DNA of 64,000 nt from an uncultured Chloroflexia bacterium (GTDB taxonomy: Bacteria; Chloroflexota; Limnocylindria; Limnocylindrales; CSP1-4). The translations under genes and the position numbers were made by a program. This document shows positions 32,295 to 42,165 of this stretch, one piece after another (position 1 is the stretch's first letter; each line of letters starts with the position of its first letter). Below the pieces are notes generated by a model. That model made no database searches, was not told where the DNA came from, and saw nothing but the letters and a program-made list of their open reading frames with translations. Location of the stretch: NCBI GenBank assembly GCA_963708015.1, contig OY970185.1, positions 471,402-535,401 on the forward strand, given 5' to 3'.

Positions 32295-33812
32295 CTACGC
32301 CGCGGAGGGCGGTCCGAACCAGGTCGTGAGGGCCTCCGCCAACCCCGCCTCCTGATCAGTTCCGACCCAGGCCACGTACCCGTCGGGTCGAACGAGAACC
32401 GCGGACGGTGCGGCGATCACGCCGAGCACCGGCAGCTCCCAAATGCCCTGATACCTCGCGTCGACGAGCTGAACCCGGTCCGCCCACCGGGCGATATCGA
32501 GGCGACCGGGCTGGCCAAGGTTGAACAGCACCGGTCGGGCAGCGTGGAGCAGGGTAAAGACGCGCTCGGAACCGTCAGTGGTGACCAGGTCGAGATCAGG
32601 CATCCGGCGCCCCAGGAGCGGATGGCCGTCGCCAAGGTTGGACTGGCCAAGGTCGTAGTGGATGTCCAGGCCGGACATCATCCCGCCGAAGCGTCGACGT
32701 GGCTCGTCCATGCCCAGGAGGTCCGAAACGCTGTCGCGCAGCGCCTCGACCCGATCGTCGACTCGCAGGAGCGCGACCTGGGCCATCGTGGTCCGGAGAA
32801 CCCGGGTACCGACCGGGTGGCGCTCGTCGTGGTACGTGTCGAGCAGGCTGTCCGGCGATGTGCCCTTGACCACCTGGGCCAGCTTCCAGCCCAGGTTCAG
32901 GGCATCCTGGACGCCCGTGTTGAGGCCCTGTCCGCCGACCGGCGAGTGGACGTGGGCGGCGTCGCCGGCGAGCAGGATCCGGCCGTTGCGGTAGGCGACG
33001 GCCTGCCGGCTCACGTCGGTGAACCTGGTGATCCAGGTCGGGCTGTGGATCCCGTAGTCGGTGCCGTAGACGGCGATGAGCCTCTCCCTCAGGTCGCCCA
33101 GGGTGGGCTCACCCGTGCCGACCTCCGGCTCAGTCAGCATGACCCCGACCTTGCCGCCCGGCTCGTAGACGACCGCCCCGTCCTTGACCTGGTAGTCGAC
33201 CTTTCCCAGGGCGTGCGTACCCGTGGGGGTGCGGCGAACGCCGAGTTCCGGTTCCTCGGTCATCTCGACCTCGGCGAGCAGAGAGCTCGTCGTTGCGTCC
33301 CAGCCGGCGAAGTCGATCCCGGCGACCTTGCGAACCAGGCTGCGTCCGCCGTCGCAACCGACGAGGTAGTCCGCCCGGACCCGCCGGCCGTCGGACAGCT
33401 CGATGACCACGCCCCTGTGGTCCTGGGCATACCCGGTCAGCTCGATGCCGTAGCGGATCGGCACGTGCAGCTCGCTGACCCAGCCGGCGAGGATCCGCTC
33501 GATGTGCTTCTGCCACAGCCCGAGCCCATGGGGATGCCGGGTCGGGAAGTCGCTGATGTCGAGGCGGATCATGGCGAAGCCGGCGACCTGGGCAACCTGG
33601 CCCTCGGCCAGGAATCGATCGGCGATGCCACGCTGATCGAAGACCTCGATCGTCCGGGACTGCAGGCCGCCTGCTCGCGAGCCTGGGAGATCCTGGTTCG
33701 GGCGCCGCTCGACGACGACGACGTCGACGCCGGCCAGACCCAGCTCGCCGGCCAGCATCAGTCCCGTCGGGCCGGCTCCAGCGATCACCACCGAATGCCT
33801 GGTCAGCGCCAT
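32295..33812 (-). CDS. FAD-dependent aromatic-ring monooxygenase (PheA/TfdB-type flavoprotein hydroxylase)
   Basis: GAGPTGL dinucleotide-binding motif, DG motif (CDGGRSLVR), GDAAH...GQG motif; intact 505-aa ORF. Confidence 0.8.
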   Translation of the reverse strand: MALTRHSVVIAGAGPTGLMLAGELGLAGVDVVVVERRPNQDLPGSRAGGLQSRTIEVFDQRGIADRFLAEGQVAQVAGFAMIRLDISDFPTRHPHGLGLWQKHIERILAGWVSELHVPIRYGIELTGYAQDHRGVVIELSDGRRVRADYLVGCDGGRSLVRKVAGIDFAGWDATTSSLLAEVEMTEEPELGVRRTPTGTHALGKVDYQVKDGAVVYEPGGKVGVMLTEPEVGTGEPTLGDLRERLIAVYGTDYGIHSPTWITRFTDVSRQAVAYRNGRILLAGDAAHVHSPVGGQGLNTGVQDALNLGWKLAQVVKGTSPDSLLDTYHDERHPVGTRVLRTTMAQVALLRVDDRVEALRDSVSDLLGMDEPRRRFGGMMSGLDIHYDLGQSNLGDGHPLLGRRMPDLDLVTTDGSERVFTLLHAARPVLFNLGQPGRLDIARWADRVQLVDARYQGIWELPVLGVIAAPSAVLVRPDGYVAWVGTDQEAGLAEALTTWFGPPSAA

Positions 33813-33825
33813 CCCGGGTCGCGCC

Positions 33826-34338
33826 TCAGAGCTCGCGCTCGAAGAAGCGGATCCTCGACCTCAGCTCGGCGGACAGGTCCAGGTACGGCTCGATCGGACG
33901 AAAGCCCATCGACCGGTACAGCGACTGGGCCCCCTCCATGAACGCGAGCGTGTCGAGCCGGATCGCCCGGTAGCCCAACAGGCGGGCCTGCTCAAGGCAC
34001 GCCTCGGCCAGCTTGCGCCCGGCACCCGAACCGCGAAATTCCGGTCGGACAAAGAGCGTCCGCATCTCGCAGATCACGTCAGTCAACCTGCCCAGGGCGA
34101 TGCAGCCACAGGTCAGGCCGTCCTGCCGGGCAATCAGCAGGCAGCCGTCCGGGGGCACGTGGTTCCCCGGGAACTTCTGGCCAAGGTCGTCATAGGTGTG
34201 CTCGGCCGCGAACTCTTCCCGGTCGAGTTCGGGGTATCGCTGGCGAACCTCGCCGAGCATCCAGGCCACGTACTCCCGGGCCAGCCCGATCATGTCCGCC
34301 AGCGCTTCGCCGGATTGAGCCGGGCTGATCTCGATCAT
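33826..34338 (-). CDS. GNAT family N-acetyltransferase
   Basis: Motif A region RGSGAGRKLAEA, roughly 170 aa. Confidence 0.75.
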   Translation of the reverse strand: MIEISPAQSGEALADMIGLAREYVAWMLGEVRQRYPELDREEFAAEHTYDDLGQKFPGNHVPPDGCLLIARQDGLTCGCIALGRLTDVICEMRTLFVRPEFRGSGAGRKLAEACLEQARLLGYRAIRLDTLAFMEGAQSLYRSMGFRPIEPYLDLSAELRSRIRFFEREL

Positions 34339-34388
34339 CGCCTGAAGGATACGTGCGGACCTGTTGGACGCGGCGCTACGCTCTGGCC

Positions 34389-34952
34389 ATGCGACCGCTG
34401 CGCTATTCGATCAACGTCACCCTGGACGGATGCTGCGATCACCGGGAGGGGATCGCCGACGAGGAGCTCCATCGCCACGCGGCCGAGAACCTCGCCAGCG
34501 CCGACGCTCTGCTGTTCGGCCGGGTGACGTACGAGATGATGGAGTCCGCCTGGCGTCAATCTATCCCCGTGGACACACCGCCCGACTGGATGGAATCCTG
34601 GATGAAGCCGTTCGCCCTGACGATCGACGCGGCCAGGAAGTACGTCGTGTCGAGCACCCTCGATCAAGTCGATTGGAACGCCGAGCTCCTGCGGGGTGAC
34701 CTCGAGACGGCCGTTCGGGCGCTCAAGGACGAACCGGGCAAGGGCTTGCTCACGGGCGGCCTCACGCTCCCGCTCGCGTTGGCCGAGCTCGGCCTGATCG
34801 ATGAATACGAGTTCGTCGTCCACCCCAGGGTGGCGGGCCATGGTCCGACCCTGTTCGCCGGCCTGTCGAAGCCGCTCGACCTCAGGCTCGTCGGCCGCCA
34901 GGAATTTGGCTCTGGGGCCGTGGCGATGCGCTACGTGCCGACCGTGCGCTGA
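34389..34952 (+). CDS. dihydrofolate reductase family protein (RibD C-terminal domain-like)
   Basis: RYSINVTLDG...LLFGRVTYE...LLTGGLTL pattern of the DHFR-like family; start at MRPLRY inside a longer track ORF. Confidence 0.65.
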   Translation: MRPLRYSINVTLDGCCDHREGIADEELHRHAAENLASADALLFGRVTYEMMESAWRQSIPVDTPPDWMESWMKPFALTIDAARKYVVSSTLDQVDWNAELLRGDLETAVRALKDEPGKGLLTGGLTLPLALAELGLIDEYEFVVHPRVAGHGPTLFAGLSKPLDLRLVGRQEFGSGAVAMRYVPTVR

Positions 34953-35467
34953 TGATCCTGAGCGACGTCCGAGACCCGCGGCTGATCACCGTCCGCCGGG
35001 GCGGGACCCTCGAGGACGCCGACCATCACCGGCTCGCCGTCTGGGCGGCCGACTGCGCCGAGCACGTCCTGGACCACTTCGAGGCGATCCGTCCTCAGGA
35101 CGCTCGGCCGCGGCGGGCGATCGAGCTTGCCCGGGCCTGGGCTCGCGGTGAGGTCACGATGACCGAGTCCCGAACAGCGGCCGGCCACGCCAACGCCGCG
35201 GCGCGCGACCTGACCGGTGCCGCACGATACGCGGCCTACGCTGCTGCCCAGGCCGCCGCCGTCGCCCACGTCGCCGCCCACGAGCTCGGCGCGGCCGCCT
35301 ATGCGATCAAGGCGGCTCGGGCAACTGCTCTGGGAGACAACGCAACCGGGCCAGGCCGAGACGAGTGCCGCTGGCAGCGCGACCAGCTCCCCGAGGCGAT
35401 CCGGGCGCTGGTGCTCGACGACGAGCGAGTGCGCAACGACATCTGCTGGTTTGCCTTCGACTGCTGA
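34952..35467 (+). CDS. hypothetical Ala-rich helical protein, possibly Imm-5-like putative immunity protein
   Basis: ATGA overlap with the upstream stop; repeated AHAAARDLTGAARYAAYAAAQAAAVAHVAAHELGAAAYA pattern recalled from putative-immunity-protein families; assignment tentative. Confidence 0.4.
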   Translation: MILSDVRDPRLITVRRGGTLEDADHHRLAVWAADCAEHVLDHFEAIRPQDARPRRAIELARAWARGEVTMTESRTAAGHANAAARDLTGAARYAAYAAAQAAAVAHVAAHELGAAAYAIKAARATALGDNATGPGRDECRWQRDQLPEAIRALVLDDERVRNDICWFAFDC

Positions 35468-35499
35468 TTGGGCGGGCCGGCGGAGCCTCGAAGTCGTGC

Positions 35500-36480
35500 T
35501 CAGGCCGGGCTGACGAACCGGACGATCGCGTCGACGAACCCTTCCGCGAGCGGGTGGCCCTCGTCGTTGTAGGTCGCCACGATCTCGGCCTGGCTGATCG
35601 TCGACGGCGCCCGTGCCTCCGACTTGTAGACATGATTCGCGTCTGCGATCGTCACTCGCTCCTTGTCGCCTGCCGCGCTCCCGAGGGCTCCGAAGATCGC
35701 GTCCGCGTCGGCCCCGGGCACCTGGGCGTCGTTGGCGGCCGAGACGACCAGGGCCCGGCGGCGGTAGGCGGCCAGCGCGGCCAGCGGATCGAGGAACATC
35801 AACTCGCGCACGACGACCTGCTGGAACGGCGCATGAGCGGCTTGCCAGAGGGCGGTGGCCTCGGGCAGACCGCTGAGATCCGGCTGCGCTGCGTCCGGGT
35901 CCAGCATCGCCGAGCGAAAGGCCTCGAGCGATTCGTCGACGACCGTCGCGTCGCTGCCCGCCTTGAGGTGGATCGCCCGGATCTGCCCGATCGCCGTATC
36001 GAGGATCGAGCGGGCCGGGCCGGAGAGGCTGATCAGTCCGCCGAAGCGTTCGTCCGCCTGCTTCGAGATCGCTGCCGACGAGGCGTGAATCGATCCCTCG
36101 CTGTGCCCGAGCAGGTAGATCGGGCCGCACTGGGGCCGCCCGGCGAGCTCGTCGAACGCGGCGACGGCTTCGTCGAGGTAGTGGGCGAGGGACAGGACCT
36201 CGAGCATCTTCAGGTCATCCGGCGCGCTGCTCTTCGGCATGTTGGCCCCGGAGCCCACCTTGTCGAACCGGATCGAGCCGACCCCGCGGGCCTCCAGGGC
36301 CCGGGCCAGCTGCCCGCCGCTGCCGTTCCTGCCCGGCAGGAGCGGCGAGTTCCAATCGCGGTCGGTCGGGCCACTCCCGGCGAACAGGACGACGCAGGGC
36401 ACCGGCCTGTCGGTCGCCGGCAGCGAGACCGTCGCGGGCAGGCTGTAGCCCGGCCGGCTGATGACGACGTCCTCGTCCAT
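35500..36480 (-). CDS. alpha/beta hydrolase (serine hydrolase)
   Basis: Nucleophile elbow GHSEGS, roughly 326 aa; start at MDEDVVIS within the longer track ORF 35500..36741. Confidence 0.7.
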   Translation of the reverse strand: MDEDVVISRPGYSLPATVSLPATDRPVPCVVLFAGSGPTDRDWNSPLLPGRNGSGGQLARALEARGVGSIRFDKVGSGANMPKSSAPDDLKMLEVLSLAHYLDEAVAAFDELAGRPQCGPIYLLGHSEGSIHASSAAISKQADERFGGLISLSGPARSILDTAIGQIRAIHLKAGSDATVVDESLEAFRSAMLDPDAAQPDLSGLPEATALWQAAHAPFQQVVVRELMFLDPLAALAAYRRRALVVSAANDAQVPGADADAIFGALGSAAGDKERVTIADANHVYKSEARAPSTISQAEIVATYNDEGHPLAEGFVDAIVRFVSPA

Positions 36481-36491
36481 CGCTGGATCGG

Positions 36492-37922
36492 TCAGGGCTG
36501 GGGCTGGTAGGCCGAGCTCGCGGTCATCAGCCCCACGACCGCGATCTTGACCCGGTAGGTCGGATCCGCGGCCATCCCGGTCGTCCGGATCACGACCGTG
36601 CCGGCCGTCCCGACGTCGACCAGGCACGAGAAGCTCGACATGCCGGTCGTGATCCCAGGGCTGTCGACGAGGGCCACAGCGTCGATGCAGGTCCCGTTTG
36701 TTCCGCCGATCGACGAGCCGCCCTGCCGGGTCACCGTCCACTTCGCCGGATCGGTGGCAGCGGTCACGGCGTCCGCGAAGGCCTGGGTCGAGATCGAAAC
36801 CATGACCGCCGTCTGGAGCGTGGTCGGGTCGGTCGGGACGGTGATCGGCTGCGGGTCGAAATAGCGGCAGACGAGATCAGCCGGCTCGGCCAGGGTATAC
36901 CAGCCGCCCGGATACACGATCTTGGCGACGGTGGGACCGCCGTTCGGGACGGCCAGGTCGCAGGTCGCCGAGGGTGGAACCGGCGAGGACGAGGCGGATG
37001 GCGCCTGGCTGGGCACGGTCGTCGGAGCTTGGGTCGGGGTCGCGGTCGGCGCCGGCGTCGGGGCCGCGGTCGCGCTTGCGGCCGGACTCGGCGTGACGTT
37101 GGCGCTCGGCGAGGCGGTGGGAGCTGCGGCCGGGGACCCGGACGGCGATGCCTCGGGCTGTGGCTGGACGAGGGCGACCTGGATTCGATTGTTGCGATCC
37201 TCGAGCAGGACGGTCGAACCCTGGTAGTCGATGAACGCGACGCCCTGGAGCGCAGTCAGGAAGGCCAATTCCTGATCCATCACGTCCTGGGGACAGGCGA
37301 TTCGGGTCGAAGCCAGGCCGCCGATCCGCACGACATTCCCGTTCGTCGAGTACGTCCCGCTGAACGAGTTGCAGCCGGAGAAGCCACTGACGTTGAGCAG
37401 GCCGAAGGTCACCTCGAGGGAGGTCCCCGCGATCGGGACCGAGACCGAGCCGGACGGGGTCGCGAACGAATTGACCTGCCATCGACCGAGGAGCGGGTTC
37501 CGCGGTGCGGCATCGAAGACGAGGACATTGGTCCGATCGGCGTTCCAGACCGTTAGCGTGTCACGCTGGACCCCGTAGAACCGACTCGACTGGAGCAGGG
37601 TCAGGAACGTCTGCTCGAAGTCCATTGTGGCCTGATCGCAGGCCATCAGGGTGACGCTCGGGTTGCCGACGATGAGCGTTCGGCCGCCGGCCTGGTAGAG
37701 CGCCTTGTAGGAGTTGCAGCCGGATGAGCCGCTGACCTGGTAGTTGGCGAACTGGGCGTCGGCGAAGACCGTGTCGGGGACGATTGTCAGGGTGCCGGCC
37801 TGATCGTACGAGCGGAGGACCCACTGGATGCCTTCGATCTCGCCGCCCGTGCCGGGGCCGGCCGTGCAGGCGGCAACCAGGCCCACGAGGGCGACGAGGG
37901 CGGCCAGCCGTCGAGCGATCAT
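36492..37922 (-). CDS. lipoprotein with two META (HslJ-like, DUF306) domains and a Pro/Thr/Ala/Ser-rich linker
   Basis: Signal peptide with lipobox LVAAC; two repeats of the GSSGCNSY / GFSGCNSFSGTY META-domain pattern; PT-rich linker; extra C-terminal domain. Confidence 0.6.
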   Translation of the reverse strand: MIARRLAALVALVGLVAACTAGPGTGGEIEGIQWVLRSYDQAGTLTIVPDTVFADAQFANYQVSGSSGCNSYKALYQAGGRTLIVGNPSVTLMACDQATMDFEQTFLTLLQSSRFYGVQRDTLTVWNADRTNVLVFDAAPRNPLLGRWQVNSFATPSGSVSVPIAGTSLEVTFGLLNVSGFSGCNSFSGTYSTNGNVVRIGGLASTRIACPQDVMDQELAFLTALQGVAFIDYQGSTVLLEDRNNRIQVALVQPQPEASPSGSPAAAPTASPSANVTPSPAASATAAPTPAPTATPTQAPTTVPSQAPSASSSPVPPSATCDLAVPNGGPTVAKIVYPGGWYTLAEPADLVCRYFDPQPITVPTDPTTLQTAVMVSISTQAFADAVTAATDPAKWTVTRQGGSSIGGTNGTCIDAVALVDSPGITTGMSSFSCLVDVGTAGTVVIRTTGMAADPTYRVKIAVVGLMTASSAYQPQP

Positions 37923-37940
37923 CGTGCCTCCGCCGGTGAG

Positions 37941-38204
37941 CTACTGGGACTTGCCGGCGATGTACAGGGCAAGCAGCCGCATCGCGTAGCCGAGGCCGGC
38001 CACGAGGAACGCGGCGAAGATCGGCAGGCCGACGGCTGAGGCCGAGATCGCGAACGCCTCGATGAAGTTGAAGGCCGCGCGCTGGGCCAGGTCGATCCAC
38101 CAGATCGCTCCGGCGATGAGCGCATAGATCACCGCGACCCAGCCCACGACGATGAAGAAGGTGCCGATCATCGCGAGTCGGCGAGCGTCGTTCATGATGT
38201 CCAT
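37941..38204 (-). CDS. small integral membrane protein (87 aa), hypothetical
   Basis: Two predicted TM helices; compact spacing downstream of the lipoprotein gene. Confidence 0.4.
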   Translation of the reverse strand: MDIMNDARRLAMIGTFFIVVGWVAVIYALIAGAIWWIDLAQRAAFNFIEAFAISASAVGLPIFAAFLVAGLGYAMRLLALYIAGKSQ

Positions 38205-38306
38205 GGCTCCTCCATCGAGTCGATCCGGTCCGGTCCGGCCACTCTAGCACCGGCCCCCCGGCCGCTCGCGCTCGTTCGGCCAGGGTCGTCCGCCTACAAT
38301 GCCCGC

Positions 38307-39503
38307 GTGCAGCGGCCGACAACGTCGATCTGGGATGTCGTCTCGCGACGCGAGGCCCGGGTGGTCTTCTGGCTGGTCGTCCTGGCTCTGGCCTCGGTCG
38401 TCATCAGCTTCTCCTCCGACTTCTTCGCCCTGCTGCGCTGGCCGGCCCTGATCCTGTTCATCGCCTGGCTGACGTCGTATGTGCTCGAACCTCCGATCGG
38501 CTGGCTCCAGGTGCACCTGCCCCCGCATTCCCGGGGCCTGTCGGCGGCAATCGTGTACGTGTTCGTGATCGTCGTCGCCTTCGTCGTGATCTGTGCCGCC
38601 GCCATCGCGATCTTCAACGCCGCGGTCGCGTTCATCGATCGGCTGCCCGAGATCCTGGCCAGGATTCGGACCTTGCTCCAACCGATCCTCGACGCCGGCG
38701 ACATCCATCTGCCGGGCGGCACCGATCCGATCGATCGGATCAACGACTTCATCCAGGGCTATGGGCAGGAGCTGGGCGATGCGCTCGGCACGGTCGTCCG
38801 GAATGTCGCGGCGGTCATGGGGGGCCTGTTCACCGCGGTGATCATCTCGGTCGGCCTGGCCGCCGGCCAGGTGACCCTGCTCGGCTGGCTCCGGCCATTC
38901 CTGCCGATGTCCACCTATAGCGACCTGACCGGTCTCGAGAAGGCAATCGCGGTCTCATTCGGCGGCTTCGTCCGGGGCCGGCTGCTGATCGGGCTGATCT
39001 TCGGCGGGATCGTCTGGATCGCGGCGTTCGTGCTCGGCATCCCGCTGGGGGCCCTGATCGGGATCATCGCCGGCCTGATCATCTTCATCCCGTGGATCGG
39101 GCCGCTGATCGCCTGGGCCGTCCTGCCGGCCTTCGCTCTCGTGCTGGCCCCCGACGCGGTCGGCCCGGCCCTGGCCGTCAGCCTGGTCGCCGCGATCCTC
39201 GTCCAGGTGGTCATCACCCAGCTGGTGATGGGTGCCGCGGTCAAGCTGAAGCCGGTTGCCGTGTTCGCGGTCGTGATCGTCGGCTCGGCCCTGGCCGGCA
39301 TCGCCGGGGCGATCTTCGCGATCCCGACCGCGGCGGCGATCCTGGCGGTCGCGACCTACCTGCGCGAACGCGACCTGCTGCTGCGAGCCGGCCCGCCCGA
39401 AGCTCCGGTCGAGGGGGAAGCCGCGCCCGCCGAGGACGAAGCCGCGCCCGCCGAGGACGAAGCCGCGCCCGCCGAGGGCGAAGTCGCGCCGGCCGAGGCC
39501 TGA
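38307..39503 (+). CDS. AI-2E family transporter (PerM/YhhT-like)
   Basis: 8-TM topology and characteristic AI-2E pattern; acidic Ala/Pro/Glu-rich repetitive C-terminal tail. Confidence 0.8.
   Translation: MQRPTTSIWDVVSRREARVVFWLVVLALASVVISFSSDFFALLRWPALILFIAWLTSYVLEPPIGWLQVHLPPHSRGLSAAIVYVFVIVVAFVVICAAAIAIFNAAVAFIDRLPEILARIRTLLQPILDAGDIHLPGGTDPIDRINDFIQGYGQELGDALGTVVRNVAAVMGGLFTAVIISVGLAAGQVTLLGWLRPFLPMSTYSDLTGLEKAIAVSFGGFVRGRLLIGLIFGGIVWIAAFVLGIPLGALIGIIAGLIIFIPWIGPLIAWAVLPAFALVLAPDAVGPALAVSLVAAILVQVVITQLVMGAAVKLKPVAVFAVVIVGSALAGIAGAIFAIPTAAAILAVATYLRERDLLLRAGPPEAPVEGEAAPAEDEAAPAEDEAAPAEGEVAPAEA
39417..39500 (+). repeat. tandem 21-nt repeat (four units, last degenerate) encoding (EAAPAED)n at the AI-2E transporter C-terminus
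   Basis: gaagccgcgcccgccgaggac repeated head-to-tail within the coding sequence. Confidence 0.7.
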
Positions 39504-39549
39504 CCGCCCGTCGGGCCGCCCTACGCCCAGGTCGCCTCAGGCCGCCCGC

Positions 39550-40413
39550 TCAGAACGGCTCGGGGATCTCCTTCAAGGGGAGGTTCGGGTCCTTGTACTT
39601 GCCGGCGGCCTGGCGCTTGGGCAGCTTGATGTCGCGCGGCTCGAGCGGCTCGTACGGGATCCGGCTCAACAGGTGGCTGATGATGTTCAGCCGGCCCCGC
39701 TTCTTGTCGTTCGTGTGGGCGACGTACCACGGCGCCCAGGGCGTGTCGGACGCCTCGAACATCCCGTCGCGCGCCCGAGAGTAGTCGTACCAGTGCTGGT
39801 ACGAGCGCAGGTCCATGTCGGTCAGCTTCCAGACCTTGCGCGGGTCGTTGATCCGGCCCTCGAGCCGCCGGGTCTGCTCGTCCGCGCTGACCTCCAGCCA
39901 GTACTTGAGCAGGAGGATCCCGTTGTCGACCATCGCCTTCTCGACGGCCGGGACCTGCTCCAGGAACCGGTCGCTCTCCTCCGGTGTGCAGAAGCCCATC
40001 ACCCGTTCGACGCCGGCCCGGTTGTACCAGCTCCGATCGAAGATGATCACCTCGCCGGCGGCGGGGAAGTGGGTCACGTAGCGCTGGATGTACATCTGCG
40101 ACTTCTCGCGCTCGGTCGGCGCGGACAGGGCCACCACCTTGAACACGCGCGGGCTGACCCGCTCCGTGATCCGCTTGATCACGCCGCCCTTGCCGGCCGT
40201 GTCCCGTCCCTCGAACACGATGCAGACCTTGGCCCCGGTGTCCTTGACCCATTCCTGCATCGCCACGAGCTCGCCATGGAGCCGGCGCATCTCGCGCTCG
40301 TACTCCTTCGTGTTCATCCTGGCCTTGGGCTCGCCGTCGGCCGCCGCGGCCTCGGGCGTCACTGCCTTCGCTGGCCTGGCGGCCTTGCCACCCTTGCCCT
40401 GCTTCTTCGCCAC
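39550..40413 (-). CDS. ppk2: polyphosphate kinase 2
   Basis: Walker A GRDTAGKGG, PPK2 lid and Walker B regions; GTG start at 40413 preceded by GGGAGG at roughly 9-nt spacing, so the track ORF 5-prime extension to 40656 is rejected. Confidence 0.85.
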   Translation of the reverse strand: MAKKQGKGGKAARPAKAVTPEAAAADGEPKARMNTKEYEREMRRLHGELVAMQEWVKDTGAKVCIVFEGRDTAGKGGVIKRITERVSPRVFKVVALSAPTEREKSQMYIQRYVTHFPAAGEVIIFDRSWYNRAGVERVMGFCTPEESDRFLEQVPAVEKAMVDNGILLLKYWLEVSADEQTRRLEGRINDPRKVWKLTDMDLRSYQHWYDYSRARDGMFEASDTPWAPWYVAHTNDKKRGRLNIISHLLSRIPYEPLEPRDIKLPKRQAAGKYKDPNLPLKEIPEPF

Positions 40414-40435
40414 GATCCTGTGCCTCCCATCCCGA

Positions 40436-42165
40436 TCACTGACTGTCGCGCGTGTCCGAATTCTCGTCGAGGTAGGCGGCCAGCGCCTCCCGGATCGACC
40501 GGTACGAGCGCGCTCCGGCCGCCGTGCTGGACCCACGGTACCGCACGACCCAGTCGCGGACCGGGGACTGGACCTCGGCAAAGGCCAGGACGATCCCGCT
40601 GGCCGCCAGCTCCTCGTCGAGATCGACCAGCATCGCGTCCGCTGTGACGTCGACATCGGTGATCGGCTCGGCGGCGATCAGGACCCAGCGAGCGGGCGGC
40701 TCGGCGGCCGCCACGAGCTCCCGGATCCGGTCCCGGAACTGGTTCGCGTTGGCGAAGAACAGTGGCGCCGACCAGCGCACGATCAAGAGCCCGGGGATCT
40801 GCTCGGCCTCGGGGATGCGACTGACGTCGTGGTATCCGCCGCCGCCGGGTGCCGCCCCCAGGACGGCCGAGTAGGGCGCCCAGACCCGCTTGAAGATATA
40901 GACCATCGACAGCCCGACCGCGATCACGATCCCCTGCAGGACGCCCACGAAGGCGACGCCCAGCAGCGCAGGCCATCGCCAGCAGGAACTCGGCCGGGCG
41001 CACGCGAGCGAGGCGGCGCAGCTCGGCGACGTCGAACAGGCTGATCGAGGCGGCGATGACGACCGCGGCGAGGACGGGCTGGGGCATGTTCTGGACGAGA
41101 CCCGGCAGGAACACGAGCATGACCAGGACGAGGACCGCGGCCACGATCCCGGTCAGCTGGGTCTTCGCGCCGGATTGGACGGCCACGGCCGTCCGCGAGC
41201 CGCTCGTGCTGACCGGGAACCCGCTGAACAGGCCGGCGGCGAGGTTGGCCGAGCCGATCCCGGCGAGCTCCTGGTTCGAGTCGACCTCGTAGCCGCCCCG
41301 GGTCGCAAACGCCGCCCGAGGTCGAGATCGTGTCGCCGATCGCGACGAGCGAGATCCCGACGGCCGCGGCCAGGAGCGGCGGGATGTCGCTGGCCGAGAC
41401 CAATGGGATCGTCGGGCTCGGGAAGCCCTGGGGCAGGACTCCGATCACGTCGACGCCGCGCGCCGCGAGATCGAGCGCGACCGAGGCCGCGATCGACACG
41501 ACGACCGCCACGAGGATCCCCGGGGTCCGGGGCGAGAAACGCTTCAGGCCGAGGATCGATGACCAGGCTGACCAGCCCGATCCCGAGCGCCCAGGCGTTC
41601 GTCTGGTCGAGGTTCTGGACGAACGCGATCACCTCGCCGACGAGGCCGTTCGCGTCGGTCGAGAAGCCGAACAGCTTGGGCAGCTGGCCGATGAAGATCG
41701 ATGACCGCGAGGCCGGCCAGGTAGCCGGTCCGGACCGGGTTCGACAGGAGGTCGGCCACGAACCCGAGCCGGGCCAGGCCGGCTCCGACCGTGATCGCTC
41801 CGACGAGCAGGGCGAGCATCCCGGCGAGCGCGATCGCCTGGGCCTCGTTGCCCGCCGCCAGGGGCAGGATCGTCGCCGCGATCATCGGCCCGAGCGCTGA
41901 ATCCGGGCCGAGGACGAGGACCGGCGAGGGGCCGACGAGGGCGATACGCGACGAGGCACACGACGGTCGTGTACAGCCCGGTGATCGGCGGCAGGCCGGC
42001 GATCTCGGCGTAGGCCATCCCCTGGGGGACGAGCAGGGTCACGAGGACGAGCCCGGCGATCAGGTCGTGCGGCAGCCAGGCCCGCTGGTACGTCCGGAAG
42101 ACCCGGATGCCGGGCATCCAGCGCTCGACCCGACGCTCCTTCGTGCTCGGCGTCGCCGCGGTCAT
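40436..42165 (-). pseudogene. SulP family sulfate permease with STAS domain, at least 5 frameshifts; paralog of the intact downstream gene
   Basis: SulP N-terminus ([39 protein letters not shown]), core TM segments and C-terminal STAS (LIVRWSAPLFFANANQFRDRI...) distributed over six overlapping track ORFs in different frames. Confidence 0.7.

Noticed and set aside
39417-39500. Tandem repeat considered as a possible CRISPR-like or VNTR locus
   Set aside because: The units are 21 nt, directly adjacent without spacers, and sit inside a coding sequence encoding (EAAPAED)n. It is a coding low-complexity tail, not a CRISPR array.
39550-40656. 368-aa ORF implying a long N-terminal extension of PPK2
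   Set aside because: Homology begins near VAKKQGKGG. A GTG at 40413 is preceded by GGGAGG at correct spacing. The extension overlaps the SulP pseudogene 3-prime end and is low-complexity.
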